A stretch of DNA of 63,282 nucleotides, the filler included, from Reticulomyxa filosa (lineage: Eukaryota; Protista; Foraminifera): NCBI GenBank assembly GCA_000512085.1. It is 20 parts of 20 records of this genome, joined end to end, with 100 filler letters (N's around TTAATTAATTAA, not from the genome) between each part and the next. Parts side by side here need not be neighbours in the genome. Positions count along the whole stretch, not along the records: positions 8,865 to 13,479 come from ASPP01029041.1; positions 13,580 to 16,801 come from ASPP01002555.1; positions 16,902 to 19,204 come from ASPP01022488.1; positions 19,305 to 20,385 come from ASPP01045685.1; positions 20,486 to 27,485 come from ASPP01003472.1; positions 27,586 to 29,908 come from ASPP01027059.1; 14 more parts are not named here. One strand, given 5' to 3'. A model generated the notes under the pieces. The model ran no database searches. It saw only the letters and a list, made by a program, of their open reading frames with translations, and was not told the origin of the DNA. Shown piece after piece: positions 12,791 through 27,619 of this stretch. The first letter of the stretch is position 1. Every line of letters begins with the position of its first letter. The position numbers and the translations under genes were made by a program.

Positions 12791-13107
12791 CACAAAACGT
12801 ATAATTTTAACATTTAAAAATAGTTTTCTAGTTGCGTTTTTATAAGTACTTAACATATACACCACAAATTGGCTTTGCTACTATTTGTGTTCATTTCCCC
12901 TTTATAACATTAGCAGCAAGTCAAATCTTTCATAATTAATTAAACCATGACGTCATCAGAGACAACATCCTATCGTTATCTGTTGTCATTCTTATTATTC
13001 AGTGGATTTGTGGCTGGAGCTTGTGCGACCTCGTTGTACGACAAGCACAACGAAAATAAAAACACAAAAAGAAGCACATAATAAAGACCTTAACAACGAA
13101 AAGAGCA

Positions 13108-13479
13108 CATGAATGGAAAAACCGAGTACTGTTGTCAATGGAAGATATAGAACTGGTCTTGGAATGCGCAAGTGAGATGAAGGAGCGAGTGTTAAACGAG
13201 GACGAATCACTTCTAACGATCGCACCGAACAAAATATTTTGGTGCATTTTTTACGAACCCTCCACAAGGACATGTAGTTTTTTCCAAGCGGCGATGCAAC
13301 GTTTGGGAGGGAAGCTCATCTCCATCACGGACGTGCAAAGCATCAGTTTGAGCAAAGGCGAGACATTGGACGACACAATTTGCTGTCTGGACCAGTATTG
13401 TGATGCTGTGTGTATACGTCATCCTACCAAAGGTTCAGCAAAACAAGCTGCAATTGCCGCACAAGTTTCGAAGGGGGGG
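13108..13479 (+). CDS. pyrB: Aspartate carbamoyltransferase catalytic domain fragment, 3'-partial, possibly degenerate
   Basis: FYEPSTRT, AAMQRLGG, SKGETLDDT and RHP motifs. A short deletion appears after LLSM, and SFF replaces the usual SSF. Confidence 0.85.
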
Positions 13480-13614
13480 NNNNNNNNNNNNNNNNNNNNN
13501 NNNNNNNNNNNNNNNNNNNNNNNTTAATTAATTAANNNNNNNNNNNNNNNNNNNNNNNNNNNNNNNNNNNNNNNNNNNNACACCGAAAACACACTTTTGT
13601 AGATCTCGGAGAGC

Positions 13615-13738
13615 TAAAAAAAAAGCAAAGGAATACAAAAGCAAAAAGAAAGAGTCAGTTCGGGCGGCACCACGATGTTCCTGAAGGCGCCGCCTGATCT
13701 GATTCTTTTTCGCTTTTCCTTTCCTTTGCTTTTTTTTA
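13615..13738. repeat. Imperfect inverted repeat, ~55-bp arms with a 14-nt loop
   Basis: AAAAAAAAGCAAAGGAA..AAAAGC..GAGTCAGTTCGGGCGGCACC pairs with GGCGCCGCCTGATCTGATTC..GCTTTT..TTCCTTTGCTTTTTTTT. Confidence 0.85.
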
Positions 13739-14372
13739 AAATTGCAATATTATCACAATTTGGTTGTTAATGATGTTTTTTTTTATTTTATGATAATTGT
13801 CATAATTTTTTGCAATTCGTTGATTGTGATGCATATGAAAGGTGTTCATTGATGTTACGTTTTGTTTTGTTTTTTTTATTGTTACTAACCTATTTTATTA
13901 TTAATGTTTATTTTATCCACGAAAAGATATCAAAGTGCATTTATTGCTTTCTTTGTTGTCTATCAAAATTTGAAAGTGCATCGAAGTCTGTCTTTTATGA
14001 GATTTTTGTGTTGTAATTCTGTTATCCATGCTGTTAATGTTGAGCAGTTTTAACTTTTTTCTAAAAAAGGTGTGTGCATAGTTTTAAAAAACGAAAAAGC
14101 AAATTCAAGCGTTGAATTAATATCTTTTTCTGTTTTTGCGGAAAATGAAAGTGATTTCCAATTACGTATCAAACTCCAATTTTAAACAATTACGGATATT
14201 GTTAATTCTATTTTTTATTTTTTTTTATTTAGCAAACCAAATAAAAATTATTATCCATTGCTTATGAAATGAGAGAGTATTTGTGTGATCAAAGTAATTT
14301 ACTGAATCTATTGAATGTTGCAAAAATATTTAACTCAATGCAAAATAAAAAACAACAAAAGTCTCAAATGAA

Positions 14373-15239
14373 TTACTTACTTATCTTTCTTTCAAAAAAA
14401 AAACAATACTCAAAAAATAAATAAAAGAAACTTTTTTTTTTTGTACATATTAACTTTAATTTTTTATTTCCTGAATTCACGTCCCACAGATACATTGTAT
14501 CATCATCTGACCAAGATATTAATGTTTGACCATCTCGAAAATAGGTTAATCCTTTTACAGTCCCTGTATGTCCTTTCAATACTCTTATTTCTTTTTCTGA
14601 TGCTACATCCCATATTCGAACTGTATTATCATCATTCACAGAGAATACAATAAATGACCATCTGGAGAAAAAGTGTTGCAACCTACATCATCAAAATGTA
14701 CTTTAAATTCTTTCAATTTTTCTCCTGATGTTATATTCCTGTGTTAATTGCATTATCATCAAATATCGATACAATTATTTGATCATCAAGTAAATATGGC
14801 ACGCTCAATACAACATTTGAATGACATACCAATTTTTGAATTTCTTTTTTGTCATTTACATCCCACAGACGTAGTGTTCCATCAGCTGAAGATGATACAA
14901 TATATTTACCATCTAGAGAAACGTTTATATCAAATACACCATGTAAATGTCCTTTCAATGTCTTTATCCTTGTTCCTGAATTTACATCCGTTATCTCCTG
15001 AAAATTTTACACCGGTTATTATGTACTGACCTCCTCGTAAAACCTTCAATAACCGAAAAGGTTTGACCTACGTTAAAATATTGATAGTTAAACAATCAAC
15101 AACAAAAAGTATATGCAAAACAAAAAGATAAATTGCATACATATTTAATGATGATTTTATAAAAATTGTCGATCCATCCAAATTGAATACTCATAATCCG
15201 AAGCCAATTCTGAATAATGGCTGTTACCTCTTTTGCGAA
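14373..15239 (-). pseudogene. Degenerate WD40 gene with GWIxxF exon
   Basis: WD repeats split across frames (KGHLHGVFDINVSLDGKYIVSSSADGTLRLWD; KGHTGTVKGL..WD). Motif exon at 15239-15141. Confidence 0.75.
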
Positions 15240-16957
15240 CTAGTTTTTCACGTACAATCAAATTCATTTGTATGTTGAAATACAAAAACAAACAAATTTC
15301 TGAAGTTAAGTAAAATTTCAAATTACATCAAACACGAGCCAGTGAAATTGAGTTTTATGACAAAAATCTTTTCTTTTCATATTAGTTGAGATGAAGTGGA
15401 GTTGTCAAAACTTCAAAAGAGAACGTGAATCGTTCATTCATTTGACAAATTAAAACTATTATTTTGAAATTATTTAAAAGAAACGAGTTGAGATAAACAA
15501 CAAGCCAATATAAAGAAGATTGTTCTGAAAAACTTAGAGCTTCTTTTTTTTCATACTATTAACAGCACTATACAAGACACAATTGAAAATTTGATCAGCT
15601 TAAACTATTGATATCTAAATCCAATTTGCATATCTTTTCGATGCTTTGTGTTTTGTTTACGAATGAAAAAAAAATACATATTGGAGATTGGCAATTTGAC
15701 CAATTTACAAAAAGTGCTCATATATTCGAATTAGATGAGATAAACTGCGCTTTGCATTCCTCCTACAATCTTTTCTCTTCCTTACAAACAGTATCCCATG
15801 CATTATCAAGTTACGTGCAAAAGCGTGCATATTAATATGATATTGTTCAGCGACGTTTTGACGTACAAACACATTTGTTTGACGACGTTAGTCTCTTAAT
15901 CGAGATGGATGAGTTACCTTCTTGTCTCATGAACAGCATAAGTGCATTGATCATACCTTCATTTAGCTCACGTTTGATCATAACTTCAGTAAGACTGACA
16001 GTACTTTCCGCAAAAACAAAAAGAAAAAAAACATTAATGCAAAAGTTGAACTAACAAAAACTGGTGAGCAAAAAGAATACCGGAAAAATTGATTTGATGA
16101 CTTATTCTATGAGAAAACAGGTAAATTCAAAATGAGGGGAGAAGTCACAAAAAAGACTCGTAAAGGTGACTCGCTAGAATTGTGCTTAACTTTTACAAAA
16201 GAATGAAATGGATATTGCGTGAATGAAATGGGCTTGAATGGTATAAAATTTAAAAAGGATATCCTAATTAAAGTTAAGAGGATCATGGTGAATGTAATGA
16301 TACTACCCCAAATACCACTGAAAATAAGAATTTCATCGTCGTGAACCACGCATTGGCTTCAGGTGAGTGCTGTTTTAAAAGTAAAAACGCATTAAAGCCG
16401 CAAAAACCAAAATCTGATCCCATATCATAGCAAACATAAAAGATTTTAGGTAATCTTCATACATTGTCGTATAATTCTCACTGCTTGTAAAACTTTTTTT
16501 TAAATCCTTTCTGCGTGCTAAATTCTGCACACCAACAATCATGTGCTTTTCTTTTACTTACAAGTTTTAGCCGAGAAATCAAATAAGGGATTTAATCAAA
16601 AAAAAACGTGAACAAAAATCTTGTATCACTTTTTCGAATGAGTATTTTAGACAATTCTAATAGCACAGTTCAACAAAAAAAGGACATTGGCTATTTTTGT
16701 GCAGAAATTTGAAGCAAATTATAAATATTTTCACAACAAAAAAACACAAAACCTGTTAGGATGAAAAGGATAATTTTTTAGCGAGTACGCGAATTCGTTC
16801 CNNNNNNNNNNNNNNNNNNNNNNNNNNNNNNNNNNNNNNNNNNNNTTAATTAATTAANNNNNNNNNNNNNNNNNNNNNNNNNNNNNNNNNNNNNNNNNNN
16901 NAAAAATGACCCAAAAACCACAAAAAATGACCCAGTTTTGGAAAACCCAAGAACGTC

Positions 16958-19204
16958 TTGTACTCATGTTTGCCCGTTTTTAGAAAAACCTTTGACAACG
17001 ACGACGTAATCCAGCGAATGACTGCTGACAAGAACGCAAAGAAAGCGCGAACAGAAGAAGCAAAGAGTTCGAAGGAAAGTGAGGAGCAACTGAAGCAAGA
17101 CAAGGCAGCCTTGGAGAAGGAACGTCTGAAGCGCGAGAAGCAGTTCAATAGCGATAATGATGACGAGAATGTCGCACAACAAGGAGAGGGACCCTCTGTC
17201 AACAAAGAGGTTATTCGTAAGCAATCTTCTTCCAGCGGAGGAAATAGTCGTCCATCAATGAATCGTCGTTCATGGATATGTCCGATATGCACATCAATAA
17301 ACGACCCTGCTGTATCACATTGTGCCCGATCGATGATGTTGCTATCATCAAATGGACGAAAAGTGTCGTTGAGATACTTATTTGAAGACAACAACCGCAA
17401 CAACGGAGAAGTGCGAGTGGCGAGCAGGCACATGATAAACTACAACATGATGACGCAGCTGTCACAGAACAAAAGCAGTAGCAACGATGGTGGTAATGGC
17501 AACGGCAGCGATGGAATGAAAAAAAAAAGACAGACAAAGACACATTCGAACGGACAGTGATTAACACAGCTGTTACAATGAAAAATTCAGACATATTTTC
17601 AACACGCTGCAAAGAAGCTGTTGAAAGATGATGAGAAGTATCGCACATTAGATACCACCAATGCCAAAGTGGAAGAACAACTTCTCGGATATGAAGGCGT
17701 CATCGACTTCTTGCTGCTCTTGGGATTTGATTCCGATGTCATGGGCTAAAGAGTGGCCTGCAAAGAAAAACTCAATCAAGAGGTCATTCGAGTACTGTAG
17801 AGCGTCATGCTGGCCTCTGGCATCCAGCTGTCGGTTCGAAACCTAGTTGGTGTTGTTGAAAGGCCCATCGGCAATAGCTTCAATGCAAACAATGCTGATG
17901 ACAGCAAAAGTGATGACATCACCACTCTTCAACAAACCATCTTAATTTATACACACGAACAACAAAGAGATAATGAAACCATGGAAACTTTAATTATTTA
18001 TTACAAAGAATTATCAACTCCTGAGTTTTTATATATTTTTTTATATTTATGATGTATGTTTTTGTTGTTGTTATGTATACGTATTTTTTTTTTTTTGGAA
18101 ACAGGAACGATTTAGAAAATTAATCAAAGAATTAAAACGCCGCTGTTGCATAATGGTCACTAATGAAGTCGTAGATGATGAAAAAAAATTAGAAGACTTT
18201 AAAGAGAAAATGATGAAACCAATCCAATTGAATGTGGTGAAAAATTTGCGCACTTGGATGAAGTTGTGTTGGGAAGAAGACTTTGCTAATGATGAAAAAG
18301 TGGCTCAAGTGTTGGAAGACTGGATCAAGCAAATACAAATGGACTCGAAGGAATATTCTTGGAATGGATTGCTTGCTGATACCGTGCAAAACCAACATAA
18401 ATGTTACAAAAAGCACGGAAGCAAACTGCGTGTCCAAGAGAAGGATTATTGGACTGCGGAAATCCCAAAGAAACTTAATGTTCGTATCTTATCGCTCGAT
18501 GAACTAGCCGATCAAATTACCTTGATGGATCTCCTCATTTTCAGTCGTATCAAGCCCAGAGAATGCATTGGTCAAGCGTGGAAAAAAAAGAAAATCGTAT
18601 CAATTCTCCGAATATTTTACAAATGATCCAGAAATTCAATAATCTCACTACTTTTATTCAAATTCAAAATTTTGCAAGAAAAGAACTTGAAAGATCGTGG
18701 TCGAGCTGTCAAACGTATCATTAAGATGGGAGAACATTTCCGTATCACTCGCAATTTCAATTCTTTGTGCGCTGTTTTCAGTGCTTTGAATTCTGCCGCT
18801 GTTCATAGATTAAAACTGGCTTGGGAAGTTAATTTAAAATATTTCTTGTTTTATTATTTTTATTATTATCATCGTTATTTAATTTTTTAAATCATTCATT
18901 CTTTTTTTTGTTTGTTCTCAGAAAGTTCCTGAAAAAACAGAAACAGCAGTTTGAACAATTTAAAATAATATTCTCTCGTGATTTTAATCACCGCAATTTT
19001 CGACAGTTGTTCCACAATGCGGCAGCCCCTTTCATTTCGCATATTGGAATCTTTTTGCAAGATTTGGTGTTTATTGATGATTGATATGAAAACACCAAAG
19101 AAGTGGAAAACTTGGGAGATCGCAAAATGGTCAACTTCAGCAAGTCGCATAGAATGGCAGATCGTATCAAAAACATTCCAATGTACCAACAACATCCTTA
19201 TACC
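16958..19204 (+). pseudogene. RanBP2-type ZnF remnant + PUB + REM + CDC25 RasGEF, disrupted
   Basis: WICPICTSIN; KYRTLDTTNAKVEEQLLGYEGVIDFLLLLGF (PUB) followed by an in-frame TAA; VVKNLRTWMK; ELADQITLMD; RNFNSLCAVFSALNSAAVHRLKLAW; PFISHIGIFLQDLVFIDD; MVNFSK. Several frameshifts. Confidence 0.8.
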
Positions 19205-20511
19205 NNNNNNNNNNNNNNNNNNNNNNNNNNNNNNNNNNNNNNNNNNNNTTAATTAATTAANNNNNNNNNNNNNNNNNNNNNNNNNNNNNNNNNNNNNNNN
19301 NNNNAGCAAAATTTTGAACAATAAACACTTCTTTTTGTAAAAAAAAAAGCCAATGAGATTGTTGCATTATGTGTATGTATAATGATAACATCAATAGTAT
19401 TTTTGTTAATATGTTTGGATTACTTTGCGTGTAATATACTGTACACTGATATTTTGAGCGGAAATATGTTGTATTTAATGTTTTTTTTTTCAATATTATG
19501 TATTGCATTCAGAAATACTGTATTTTTTAATTTGTGTGAATGCTTGGAAAAAATGAAATGTAAACAAACTTGAGAAACATGAATCAATTCTCACACTACC
19601 GTGAGATATTGCCGAATTATCAAATAGAAATGTATTGGCACATACTATTGCAAGACAATAAATCAAATAATTTTTTATGCGAAGACCAAATACAACAAGA
19701 AAGTATGTAAATAAGTCCTACAAACAAGTAGCAAAAGAATATGAGAGATGCTGAACAGAGAAATGCAACCATCTCTTTTGTGTTCAAACTAGACAGCGAA
19801 CAAAAAAAAAGATGAAAGATAAAAAAATAAAATGGAACTACCCGGCAAGTTTTTCGATTTGGATCGCTAACTGTTCACTTCTCCATCATCTTTTTTTTGG
19901 AAGACAGCCCATTTTCATTTACTTTTTGAACAATTACTTTTTTCTTTTAAAAAAAAAGGGGAACAATGTAGATCGTCCTGAACTTTTTTTAAAAAAAAAA
20001 AGAAGTTATGAAACATTCTTTGATACAAGTATTCGTACAAACGCGAATTGATAATAGTGTTGGTGTTGATAACAACATCAGTAAGTGTAATATTGATAGT
20101 ACTAATGATATACAAAGTGAGTCTTACAACCAAAGTGAAAGGGTCATCACAATATTTATGAGTTCAACATCAATAATGACCCAGACAATGGTGATATTGA
20201 AAATGATGGGTGGCAATGAAACTTGTGATTCTCATAGTGCTCAAAACGACATCTGTCTGACATTTATGAAAAGGAAGAGGAACGAAACTGAAACAAAAAA
20301 TAAGAAAATGAAGCAAAGTGAAAGGAGTGAGTTGACAGAGCAGCATCTTCTTACTTATATTAACTTTTGTATCTCCACTCCTTTGNNNNNNNNNNNNNNN
20401 NNNNNNNNNNNNNNNNNNNNNNNNNNNNNTTAATTAATTAANNNNNNNNNNNNNNNNNNNNNNNNNNNNNNNNNNNNNNNNNNNNAAAAAAAAAGGGTTA
20501 TATTTTGATAG

Positions 20512-22100
20512 AAATTCGAGCACAAGAGCACCACATTGGGCGGTTTGGCAGCAAAATTTAATGTGTACTTGCCTCCAATGGTTAGATTTGCATTTATACA
20601 ATTTGTTTTTGCTTGATCAATGATGACAAGCCTCCTTTCTCCTCCCCCCTTTCTTTATGTGCCACGTAATGAAAAACATATCAACGGAAAAAAAAAAAAA
20701 AAGGGTCCGAACAGTGTAAAGAAATTTCCAATATTATATTTCTTGGCAGGACTGACATCGAATGAAGACAACTTCATGATCAAAGCTGGCGCACAACGAG
20801 TTAAGTGTCCGACCGTAAGATTTGTGTTTGTGCAAAAAGAGCAAAACGAGGAATGAAATGATTGTGTTGAAATGGTAAGTGCGCAAGTGAATGGGGATTG
20901 GCATTGGTGACCCCCGACACATCTCCGCGAGGCGCAAAGATCGAAGGAGAGGACAAAGACTGGGACTTTGGTGTTGGTGCAGGGTTTTATGTGAATGCAA
21001 CGAAGCAACCGTGGCAGCAACATTATCAAATGTACGACTATGTCACCAAAGAGCTACCCAATTTGATTGCCACGCAAATGTACTCTTTCACTGACGACGA
21101 CATCAAACAGGTCAAACAAGAGTACTTACCTTTGGATACTAACAATGTGGGCGGTACGTGGATATACTTTTGATTACACGTATACACTCCCCCCTTTTTT
21201 TTATTTTTATTTTTATTTTGTTTAGTTTAATGATATTTGAAGAACACGTAAAAGGATTTGTGTGATTGACTAACTGGTTTGAACACTATCAAAAAGTGTG
21301 TGGACACAGTATGGGTGGTCACGGCGCATTGGTTGCTTTCTTACGTAATCCTACTTTGTATAAAGTTAAGCTTCAATAGCGAAAGATACACTTTTTTTTT
21401 CTTTTCCCCCCCCCCCTTTTTTTTTAAAAAAAAAGTTGTTTTGCAAAATAATTGTAATCTCATCCATTTTAAATTAAACAGTACTTTTTTTTTTTTTTAT
21501 AATAAAATGTCTTTATAATTTTTTGCTGCAGTCAGTCAGCGCATTTTCGCCAATCTGCAACCCTACGCAGTGTCGATGGGGCCAAAAGGCCTTCCGTGGC
21601 TACTTGGGAGATGACGTGGAGGCTTGGAAACGATATGACGCTACCGAATTAGCGTCAAAGTATTCTGGCCGAAAGGACTTTGAAATATTGATCGATCAAG
21701 TCTCTACACGCAACATTAACTTATAATTTCTATAATCCACGCTTGTTGTACGCTGCGAGTTCTAATCTATGTTTTTGTTTGGTATTTTGTCTTATAACCT
21801 TAAAAAGGGCACTGCAGACCAATTCTTGATCGACGGACAAGACAAACACGACCAATTGCGACTTGATAGCTTTATAAAAGCCTGTGAACAAGCCGTTGCG
21901 TAACAGCTATATTTAAACCAATCACCCTTGTCTTATCACTTATTTTTTTTAACATTTGTTTGTTTGTATGTTGTATTTTGTGGTAAAAGAATATAAAATT
22001 GAAATACAGATCGCAACAAGGTTATGGCCATGGTTATGATTTCATTTCCACTTTTATCAATGATCACATTGAACATCATGCAAAGTTTTGTTTGCAATGA
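20512..22100 (+). CDS. ESD: S-formylglutathione hydrolase (esterase D); multi-exon, 5'-partial; probably the N-half of a fusion
   Basis: [52 protein letters not shown] (Ser), DQ/GTADQFL (Asp) and [22 protein letters not shown] (His). Confidence 0.95.
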
Positions 22101-22354
22101 CCTTTTTTTCCACTACTCTCACAAATATGCAAAGGTAACATTGGAATGGGAGGGAGGAGAACCAACTTCAATTTTTAATGTTTGACTCATCACAAAATAG
22201 GGTTTTAGGCTGCAAACAATATCAACAAGTTGGTACTGTTACCACAAAGAGTTAACACTTTGCATATACGCAACTTTTCTATCTTTTTTTTTTTTTAAAT
22301 GTACTACAACGCAAAGGTGTCCACACATAAACATATGTTATGCTCGCTTTATAG

Positions 22355-24166
<1,812 letters not shown>

Positions 24167-26819
24167 TGTCCATTCGCCGATGTTTTAACTGCAAAACCAA
24201 CTATCCAAATTATCAGTACGCTCAAGCAAGCCGCCGCAAACAGTTTTGGTAATATCCACGCACAAATGCATAACAATTTCGTACTTTGACCGTTTTTTTC
24301 CGGTTCTGACTGTATCGACATCAAAAGTATTGGCAACTTTTTTTTGCATGAAGTAGAAATCACTTTTTTATTAAAAAAAATTTTTAAATTATTGAGAAGA
24401 CATCTTTGTGAGAACATTCAAAGAACACATTTGATACAAAAGACAATAGACAATCACATTTGCACGCAAAAAAAATAATTTGAGAGGTATTGTTGATTCG
24501 ACAATCTTGACTAGTGATGCAAAACATCACTTTTTTTTATCAAATTTGGAGGCTGTTCAACAAACAGACTTTTTCTTTTAAATTGAAAAATATTTAAAAA
24601 ATATAAAAAACATACAGTTGTAGGGAGGGATAGGGGCAATATCACCCCAAATACGAACTGACACAGACGACAAAAAAATCCCTTTTTTTTGTTCAGTAAA
24701 ACGTAATGTGTTTATAAAAAAGATGCCGAAATTGCAATTTTTTAAATATTTTGATAAGGAAGACTAAAATATTTTTTAAAGGATAAAGTAGGGCTGTAGT
24801 CGAGTATCACACATATAAGAGTGAGTTTGATTTCTGATATACTAAAAAAAGAGCAGCGTTCTGAGCCACATAAAATGCTATTTTTGTGATTTTGTGTTTT
24901 GGTCTCTTGTAAAAAAAAGAACGAGCGAACACAAGCGACCAAAAAATATAATCAAAAAGAAAGAAAAAAAAATTTCACAATCCCAACAATTTACCGACAT
25001 ATAAGAACGAAAACAAAACAAAGCAAAACAAAGATCTTGAGAAAGAGGACTTAATTTTTTTTGAGTTTTTAGATGGAAAGGTTTTTTGGACGAAGAAGAG
25101 ATGTTCTCTGTGTCTTTTGCATTGTGTGTGTTTCCAGGCGAATAGCCCAAGAATGTGAGACTTCCAAGGACGAAAGTGCCTCCTGGAGTAGCAGTTGTAC
25201 GTAGAGGCCGCGATTGAGACTGGGATGGGAGTTGAGGATATCATCCTCGTCCCAAAAGTCCTTCAAGCGCTCCTTGCCCGAATTGTGCAACACGTGTTAT
25301 TGCCATGTCATCTTCGAAGAGGACGCCGGTCGATGCTGGACACTTGCTTTACTGCTTGCATTGTTATACAAACTCATGTTTTTATTGTCTTCACAACTAT
25401 GACCACGACTTTGACTTTAGTGTTGCCTTAATAGCCGCGCTCATGTGATTCCAATCATTTACTGCCCCTTTGTCGCCGTGGAATAAAGCTGATGGAAGAA
25501 CCTCTGATGTGTCCATCCTCCGTTCGTCCTCGTCGTTGTTTTAACCGGCCCTTGTAACTAATTATTTTGGTCAATTAGCATACTTGAAAACAATTTAATT
25601 TTAAAAAATGAGTTTTTTAATTGACCAAATGAAAACTGTCACTTTTAAAAACGGTTCAAAAAAATTAAAAAACGACACAAAACTTTAATTATTTCAAATA
25701 TAAAATCTTAATTGTGTTTTCGCCTTTTTAGGATAGTTGATATGATGCATGATTATTGAAATTGGAAATATTCAATTAAACAAAAGAGTTTTTTTTTACG
25801 TTCTACGTGTAAAAAAATCTGCCACAAAACAATTCCTCAAAACGTACTTTTTTCCTTCACACAGTCACAATTGTTGTATTTAACGTACTTTAAACATTCA
25901 TAGATAGTGTTACAAGAAAGCCTTACAAAAATTATGCTGCCATTTCAAAGTAAGCAGTTGTGGCTTTTTCATAAAATTTCCTTGTTTCTTGCCACAAAGC
26001 TTCAGTATAAGAATTAAGCACATCTTCATCTTATATAAAAAAACGTGTCCCCTTATTATAGATATAATTTAGTGCAAAAATAGCATATGTGCACTGAGCT
26101 TTCTGAGTTCTTTTTCCACGCGTTACGATCACAAAAAACAAAAAGAAAAGTCTTTTTGAATATGTTACACCAAAATAACTTTAGACATAATGCCCTCTTT
26201 TCTTTGCATTGTTCTGCGTTTATTATTTACATTTTTATATAAGATTCAACATTTCTGATGAATGTTAATTCACGCATCTTTTTTTCACAAAAGCCCATAA
26301 CGCTAAAAAAGACCAAACCGTAACAACAATTTTAGAAACAGAAAAAACAGAGTAGTTGCAAATGCACTTTAAGTCGATGTTATATCCACCCACATACACA
26401 TCGTGCTCTAGCTACAAATCTGCTTGAAGAATCAAAGGAAAAAAACCTCAAAACACCCAAGTTTCTCACACGCACACACACACAGCGAATGTTAATTTCA
26501 AGCACAAGAACATTAAGACACATGGAAAAAAAGTAAAAAGAAAAAAGAAAAAAGAAAAAAGTAAAAAAGAAGAAAAAAAGCACAAAACAGATATAAAAAA
26601 AAAGAGAAAAAAAAGATATGAGCAACCAAAACAACCAAAAAAGAAAGCTCCCTCACCCCTTTTCCCTTAATCTACCCAACGAATACGACGAGACCCAAAT
26701 ACAATGGGCAATTTCTGCTCATTGAAACTACAAAGAAAAAATGGGGATCTTCCCAAAGCTGTTTCAAACAAAGAAACGTGAAACAATATAAAAAAGCGTG
26801 TGATATATGTATATATGTT

Positions 26820-27485
26820 TAATAGTCATCATCGTCGTCCCATAAGTCATCATCTTTTGGATTGCCAGTCATCTTTTTATTTATTTATTTGTGTGTGTGT
26901 GTTTTGTTTAATTTGCAAAAAAAAAAAAAAAAAAGTTAGAAAAACAGAAAAGGGACAATATAAATGAACACATAGACATACAAAGATGACACTGTCGATA
27001 TTATTTGCATATCCTTCATCATTGCCATTGTTATCATTATCGTTATCTGATTCCGTGCTATCGCCAACCTCACGAAGTCTTAACGAGTTTTGGCGTTGCA
27101 AAGGTGTGTTGTCGACATCAGGCCTATCAAATTGAAGAGCTTCCAAATTATGGGCACGTCTATGTTCCTGATTGGTTCCGCGTTTGAGCAAAGTGCCACT
27201 TGAGCGATTACTGTTGCCGCCATTGCGCTGAACATAATTTAACAAGTCCAAGGCAGTGTCTTTCTTAAGTTGTGAGTCGAAACGCAATTCCACCAATTGG
27301 AATTGACTGTTTTGTCCCTCAGGAGTCATCTTCACGGCAATGGGTTGGCACGCACCTAATTTCGCCAGCAAGTCTGCCTTACTCCAATCTTTTGGAATAT
27401 ACGTTTCAATCCAATCGCGATTCTTTGTTGGCGTTTGATTTTCGATGGCGTTATTCTTTTCATTGTTTTCATTGTTTTCATTGTT
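26820..27485 (-). CDS. Hypothetical protein C-terminal fragment, possibly RRM-like
   Basis: Open frame from the contig end: YIPKDWSKADLLAKL...VELRFDSQLKKDTALDLL. Acidic terminal exon DDWQSKDDDLWDDDDY*. Confidence 0.4.
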
Positions 27486-27619
27486 NNNNNNNNNNNNNNN
27501 NNNNNNNNNNNNNNNNNNNNNNNNNNNNNTTAATTAATTAANNNNNNNNNNNNNNNNNNNNNNNNNNNNNNNNNNNNNNNNNNNNAAAAAAAAAAAAAAA
27601 TGGAAAAAAATAAAAATAG

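Noticed and set aside
15700-15960. Possible kinase relic on the minus strand (MGYCL...FEYM)
   Set aside because: Too short and too interrupted to support.
17740-17760. In-frame TAA plus an altered eRF1 as evidence of stop-codon reassignment
   Set aside because: PCNA and FALDH end in TAA and the WD40 gene ends in TAG at expected positions. The affected loci also carry frameshifts.
19305-20385. Short ORFs on this contig
   Set aside because: No recognisable motifs; compatible with AT-rich non-coding DNA.
25069-25520. Ornithine decarboxylase antizyme with a +1 frameshift
   Set aside because: There is no UGA shift site, the shifted frame hits a further stop, and the conserved antizyme C-terminal motifs are absent.
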